39,941 nucleotides of DNA from Reclinomonas americana ATCC 50394 (taxonomy: Eukaryota): NCBI GenBank assembly GCA_048213135.1, contig PS015321.1, positions 1 through 39,941 on the forward strand, read 5' to 3'. A model generated the notes under the pieces. It saw only the letters and a program-made list of their open reading frames with translations. It did no database searches and was not told where the DNA came from. Both the position numbers and the translations under genes were made by a program. Shown piece after piece: positions 34,471 through 39,941 of this stretch. How positions within the stretch are numbered: position 1 is the first letter of the stretch; every line of letters starts with the position of its first letter.

Positions 34471-34786
34471 CTTTAATTTTGGCGATCAGATTCTGCGGAG
34501 CAAAGCCACCTGCAGATCGGCTCGTACAACTGCGAACTCGGATCTCTGTGCAATCATAAAGAGGAAGCGCTCCTCGGCAGCTCACCCACCGCAAAAAATG
34601 CACGTGTGTACAAATACCGGCCTTGCAAAACAAATTTAAATTTTTCGACATTTCTCGTACTGCTGGCGCAATGTCTCCGTTTCTGGTGCTCCCTCGCGAT
34701 CATCCTGCAGCTACATGCATTATATACAATCGGTGCACGGCGGCCGCCCGCGTGTCCTGCGCACCAGACCAATTCATTTTTCCGCA

Positions 34787-36099
34787 ATGCAAGTCGGTTT
34801 CCGCGATCAGGAAGCCTCCGTGCTGGAGATCGGCTGGTGGCGCGGGCAATGGCGAGCCATCACCACGCTCTTCTTTGGCGATGTGCACCCGCCCTGGTCA
34901 GTCTCTCTCTCATTGCGCTCTTGCCTCTCTGTTTTTTTCGTCATTGCTTCTCCTCTCAGGGCGCTTCTTGATCGCGTTGTGCGCACTGATGACGAGGAGG
35001 GAGATGAGGAAGAGGGATTGATTGATGATGAGAGGCGACGTGCGGTGCGACGTTCGTTCTTGTCGCTGGTTGGACTGGTGGTGTTGGGCGCGGGATTTGT
35101 GCTGCTGCGCCTGGTGTATGTGAAGAGGAGGCATGCGAGGAGGGATTTTGGTGAGTTGGCGCTCATCAGTGCATGTTTTCATCCACTCGCGGGTTGTCTC
35201 GCCCTCTCCTCTCACTCTGCCACTCCATCCTTGCTCTCCTGCTTCTATACAGGCATCCTTTTTGCTTCTCCCTCGCATCTCACTCTGCCACTCCGTTCTT
35301 GCTCTTCTGACTCCATGCAAGCATCCCCTTTGCCTTCTCTCCCTCTCCTCTCACTCTGCCACTCCGTTCTTGCTCTGCTGACTCCATGCAAGCATCCCCA
35401 TTGCCTTCTCACTGTCCTCTCTCTCTCTCTCCTGCTGTGGTCTCGCTCTTGTTCTTCTCACTCCATGCACATCTCCCCTTTGACTTCTCCCTCGTCCATG
35501 TTCCATGCGAACATCCCTTGCCTTCTCCCTCACCTCTCTCCATCTCTCCGTGCTTCTTCTTCTCACTCCATGCAAGCATCCGTTTTGTTTCTCCGTCACC
35601 GCTCCCTCTGCCTCTCCGTCCTTGTTCTCCTGACTGCATGCAAGCATCCCCTGCCTTCTCCCTCTCCTCTCATTCCTACTGTTGTCTTGCTCTTGTTCTT
35701 CTCACTTGATACAAGCATCCTCTTGCGTTCTCCTCTCCTCTCACTCTGCCACTCCGTTCTTGCTCTCCTGCCTCCATGTCAGCATTCCTTGCCTTCTCCC
35801 TCTCCTCTCCAGTCAGTTCTCGTTGTCGCTCTTGTTCTTCTGACTCCATGCAAGCATCTTGTCTCCTCCTTCTCCTCTCTCTCTGACCACTCCGTCCCCA
35901 TCGTGTCATCGCGCTTGTTGTTCTGCCTCCACTCTTCAGTATGCAAGCCTCCCTTTGTCTTTCTCTCCATCTCTCCATCTTTGTTGCCGCTCTTGTTCTG
36001 CATTTTTCTTCCTCCTTCCCAATCCCCTCCCTTCCCCTTCTCCCCCTTCCCCTTTTCCGCAGTGGAGCTCGCCCTCGACCGCGTGGGTCTGGTGGACCC
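34787..36099 (+). CDS. Hypothetical single-pass membrane protein (exons about 34787-34896, 34960-35150, 36063-gap)
   Basis: MQVGFRDQ...; acidic stretch DDEEGDEEEG; TM-like FLSLVGLVVLGAGFVLLRLVYV followed by KRRH; phase-compatible GT-AG junctions. Confidence 0.55.
35200..35860. repeat. Intronic minisatellite (unit of roughly 60-70 bp)
   Basis: Recurrent ACTCCATGCAAGCATCC and CACTCTGCCACTCCGTTCTTGCTCT. Confidence 0.85.
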
Positions 36100-36569
36100 N
36101 NNNNNNNNNNNNNNNNNNNNNNNNNNNNNNNNNNNNNNNNNNNNNNNNNNNNNNNNNNNNNNNNNNNNNNNNNNNNNNNNNNNNNNNNNNNNNNNNNNNN
36201 NNNNNNNNNNNNNNNNNNNNNNNNNNNNNNNNNNNNNNNNNNNNNNNNNNNNNNNNNNNNNNNNNNNNNNNNNNNNNNNNNNNNNNNNNNNNNNNNNNNN
36301 NNNNNNNNNNNNNNNNNNNNNNNNNNNNNNNNNNNNNNNNNNNNNNNNNNNNNNNNNNNNNNNNNNNNNNNNNNNNNNNNNNNNNNNNNNNNNNNNNNNN
36401 NNNNNNNNNNNNNNNNNNNNNNNNNNNNNNNNNNNNNNNNNNNNNNNNNNNNNNNNNNNNNNNNNNNNNNNNNNNNNNNNNNNNNNNNNNNNNNNNNNNN
36501 NNNNNNNNNNNNNNNNNNNNNNNNNNNNNNNNNNNNNNNNNNNNNNNNNNNNNNNNNNNNNNNNNNNNN

Positions 36570-37122
36570 CCGTCGTCCTCCTCGTCGGTGGCATCGCCCT
36601 CCTCCACCACCATCTCCTCTTCCTCCTCCGCCTCCACATCGTCGCGACTCCTTCTCCGACCTCGGCGCGATGACGAAGGCGCTGGTTGCTCGGCCTGCTC
36701 ATCGGCATCCTCGTCGTCATCGTCGTATGCCGTCGCACGCCGTGTGCTCCGGCGCGGCCGTCCCGAAGCGGTGACGGCGGTGTTTGCCGTCTCGGCAGGA
36801 GTGGCAGCACCGGCCGATCGCTTGCGAGCGCTGCTGCTCACTGCCGTGGTCTTGATCGGCGACGATTTCTCGGCTGCAGCCGCCCGCTTGCGCGACGCAG
36901 CACCGCCACCGGTCGACGCTGCGCCGGCAGCCGACTGGCGGCGACCAGAGCGTGAGCCGGTGGGTGTCGACGGCGATACCATGGTCGTGGTGGTAGTGGT
37001 GGTGGCGGTAGTGGCAGCAGCCGCTGCCGCCGCCGCCGCACCACCGGCAACTGATGCAGTAGCCGCCGCCACGCCCGCCGACGCTCTCCTCGACGGTTGG
37101 CGCCGAGAAGAGGAAGAAGCCG
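36570..37122 (-). CDS. Low-complexity Ala/Ser/Thr/Arg and acidic coding segment between gaps; may belong to the homeobox gene or to another nuclear protein
   Basis: GC-rich open frame SRRQPSRRAS...GRPRRSTRRAT...DDDDEDAD...EEEEEM, bounded by N runs. Confidence 0.5.
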
Positions 37123-38151
37123 NNNNNNNNNNNNNNNNNNNNNNNNNNNNNNNNNNNNNNNNNNNNNNNNNNNNNNNNNNNNNNNNNNNNNNNNNNNNNN
37201 NNNNNNNNNNNNNNNNNNNNNNNNNNNNNNNNNNNNNNNNNNNNNNNNNNNNNNNNNNNNNNNNNNNNNNNNNNNNNNNNNNNNNNNNNNNNNNNNNNNN
37301 NNNNNNNNNNNNNNNNNNNNNNNNNNNNNNNNNNNNNNNNNNNNNNNNNNNNNNNNNNNNNNNNNNNNNNNNNNNNNNNNNNNNNNNNNNNNNNNNNNNN
37401 NNNNNNNNNNNNNNNNNNNNNNNNNNNNNNNNNNNNNNNNNNNNNNNNNNNNNNNNNNNNNNNNNNNNNNNNNNNNNNNNNNNNNNNNNNNNNNNNNNNN
37501 NNNNNNNNNNNNNNNNNNNNNNNNNNNNNNNNNNNNNNNNNNNNNNNNNNNNNNNNNNNNNNNNNNNNNNNNNNNNNNNNNNNNNNNNNNNNNNNNNNNN
37601 NNNNNNNNNNNNNNNNNNNNNNNNNNNNNNNNNNNNNNNNNNNNNNNNNNNNNNNNNNNNNNNNNNNNNNNNNNNNNNNNNNNNNNNNNNNNNNNNNNNN
37701 NNNNNNNNNNNNNNNNNNNNNNNNNNNNNNNNNNNNNNNNNNNNNNNNNNNNNNNNNNNNNNNNNNNNNNNNNNNNNNNNNNNNNNNNNNNNNNNNNNNN
37801 NNNNNNNNNNNNNNNNNNNNNNNNNNNNNNNNNNNNNNNNGGCGGAAGGAAACAACGGTCCGCACAAGGAGTGCAGGGGCCCGACGAGCCAGTAAACAGT
37901 GACAAAGCCAGCGGATCAGAACGGCTGATTGGATAACAGAGGTGACTCAATGAGAGGACCTCGATTAAAGAGTTCGCAACAGGAGTGGAGAGGAGAAGCG
38001 CGTGGTGCAAAAATGTATCAGAATGCCAAAGGATTTTCGCCAAAGCGCGACATCTGGTAGACAACCCAAGAACAAAAGTCTCCTGCCGCTATCTCTCTCC
38101 CCTCCCCTCCTCCCCTCCCCTTCCCTCCCCCTCTTTTTCCCCTCCACAAAC

Positions 38152-39712
38152 CTCATCAAAGTTCTCATCGGGCTTCCCCGACGTGCGCGCCACCTGCCGG
38201 CGCTTGGCGTACCACCGCGAAATGAGCTTCTCGTCGACGTTGAACTGGGCGGCCAGCTCGGCACGCAGGTCCTTGGAGACGAAGGGGTTCTTCACAAAGT
38301 GCTGCTCCAGCACCTGGTTCTGGTCCTCGTTGAAAATGGCGCGCGTGGTGATGGAGGGCTTGGCCGAGTGCATGTCGCGGCCCTGCTTGCGCGCACGCGC
38401 GCGCTCCGACGTGAACCAGCTGCCGACCTGTCGCGGGTCGCGCGACAGCGTGCGTGCGATACGATCCTGCTGCTCCTTGGAGGGGGCGCACTCAATGGCA
38501 AACTCGGCACGCAGAATCTCCACCTCGGCCTTGGTGAACTTGTTGTACTTGCGCACCGGCTGGTCGGGGCTGCGCTGCGAGGCCGACGACTTGGAGGACT
38601 CGGATTGCGGCGTCGTCACGGCCACGGACCCGGAAGTGAGAATGTGGTGATGGTGCGGCGGAGTGCCCAGAATGGCCGGCTGTTGCTGCAGCTGCAGTTG
38701 CAGTTGACCTTGTTGCTGTTGATGTTGCTGGTATTGGTGGAGGTAGTGGACCGCTTGCTGCCAGGCCTCCTTCATGGGTGAGGGAGCGGAGGACATGCCG
38801 GACTGCGCGGGAAGGCGAAGGGAATATAAGGGGAGTGAAGGGCAAGGAGGAGGAGAAGCGAGAGAAGGGCTTGGAAAAGGGAAAGTGCGAGGAGATAACA
38901 ATTTCTTACTCTAACAGAGCCACAGTGTGAGTGCATGTGTGCAACGAGTCTGACTGTGTTTTGAGCATGAACGTCTATCCATGCCCCTCTCTCTCACGCT
39001 TTCGAGAGAGAGTGTGTGCGTATGTGTGTGCGTAGTGTCTGATGAAGAGAAGTGCGAGGATAACAGTGTCCCCTCGTCTCTCTCACAAACGCACATGAAT
39101 AGAGAATGAGATGCAGAGAGAGACGGACACAAAGTCCTCCTCTCTTACTCGCATACCAACATACACACATCCAACACGTTTCTTTCTCGCTCCCACTCTC
39201 ACTTTCCCTCATTTTCTCTCTCTCACCTGCGGACTCTGGAACGAGGGCATTCCACCAACAATACCCGTCGACGACGACGGCGTAAACAGCGACGCAGAGA
39301 CGCCAGAGACGGGCGCCGCCGACGCCGTCGTCGAGTGGAACGGGCTGCCGAGCGCACCGTAAAACGACATCGGTGGCGAGTACACAAAGTGCCCGGGTGG
39401 CGACGTCGGTACGACCGAGCTCGCCGACGTTGTTGTCGTCGTTGTCGTCGAGGTGGTTGTTGTTCCCGTGCCCGACGACGGCTTGAGAATGGCCGGCAAC
39501 GACGACGTCGGGAATGCGTTGAACGAGAACACGGACGAGGGTGCAGCAAAGGCGGATGACGACGATGCGCCACCAGCAGTCGCAGCAGAGTCGACAGAGG
39601 GTACAGAGATAATGTTGGTGGTGGCGCTCTGCGTCGGCAACGCCGGTGGTGGTGGTGGCGGCGGAGGTGGCGGCGGTGGTGGTGGTGGTGGTGGTGGTGC
39701 GTCGTCCTCCAT
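38152..39712 (-). CDS. Double-homeodomain transcription factor (exons 39712-39227 and 38802-38152; both ends uncertain)
   Basis: HD1 RKYNKFTKAEVEILRAEF...PSKEQQDRIARTL...QVGSWFTSERAR; HD2 RAIFNEDQNQVLEQHFVKNPFVSKDLRAELAAQFNVDEKLISRWYAKRR; Pro-, Thr- and Gln-rich N-terminal region. Confidence 0.88.
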
Positions 39713-39865
39713 CTGCGAAGGAGGAGGAGGAGGAGGAGGAGGGAAGAGGGCGATGAGGGCAAGGAAAGAGAGAGAGAAAGGGCGATGATGGTCCTCGATT
39801 GGAAGAAGGAGAATGTTGCATCGGAATCGGGTCAGAATGCGCGTATGTGCGTGCGGGTGCGTGTG

Positions 39866-39868
<3 letters not shown>

Positions 39869-39941
<73 letters not shown>
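39869..39941. repeat. (GA)n microsatellite
   Basis: Read directly from the sequence. Confidence 0.95.

Overview
This is eukaryotic, intron-rich genomic DNA from a gappy draft assembly, probably a protist; I cannot assign the species. The genetic code appears standard. Genes reconstructed by hand across GT-AG introns: a partial EF-hand protein, a Crinkler/CR-type P-loop NTPase plus PD-(D/E)xK nuclease protein, a membrane hypothetical, a TPR protein with a polylysine tail, RPS6, a bacterial-type uridine/nucleoside kinase, tRNA-Ala(AGC), a syntaxin lacking a transmembrane anchor, an ankyrin protein, an AlkB-type alkane 1-monooxygenase with six introns, Arp3, a single-TM protein and a double-homeodomain protein. 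The strongest unusual signal is a second, frequent class of 5' splice site, non-G|GTTG(A/C)G, used by about a quarter of the introns I could place; it fits a +1-shifted U1 pairing register. Other highlights are the intron-bearing AlkB, the CaaX-tailed syntaxin, and a repeat family found only in divergent-promoter intervals. All exon models are manual and lack transcript support.
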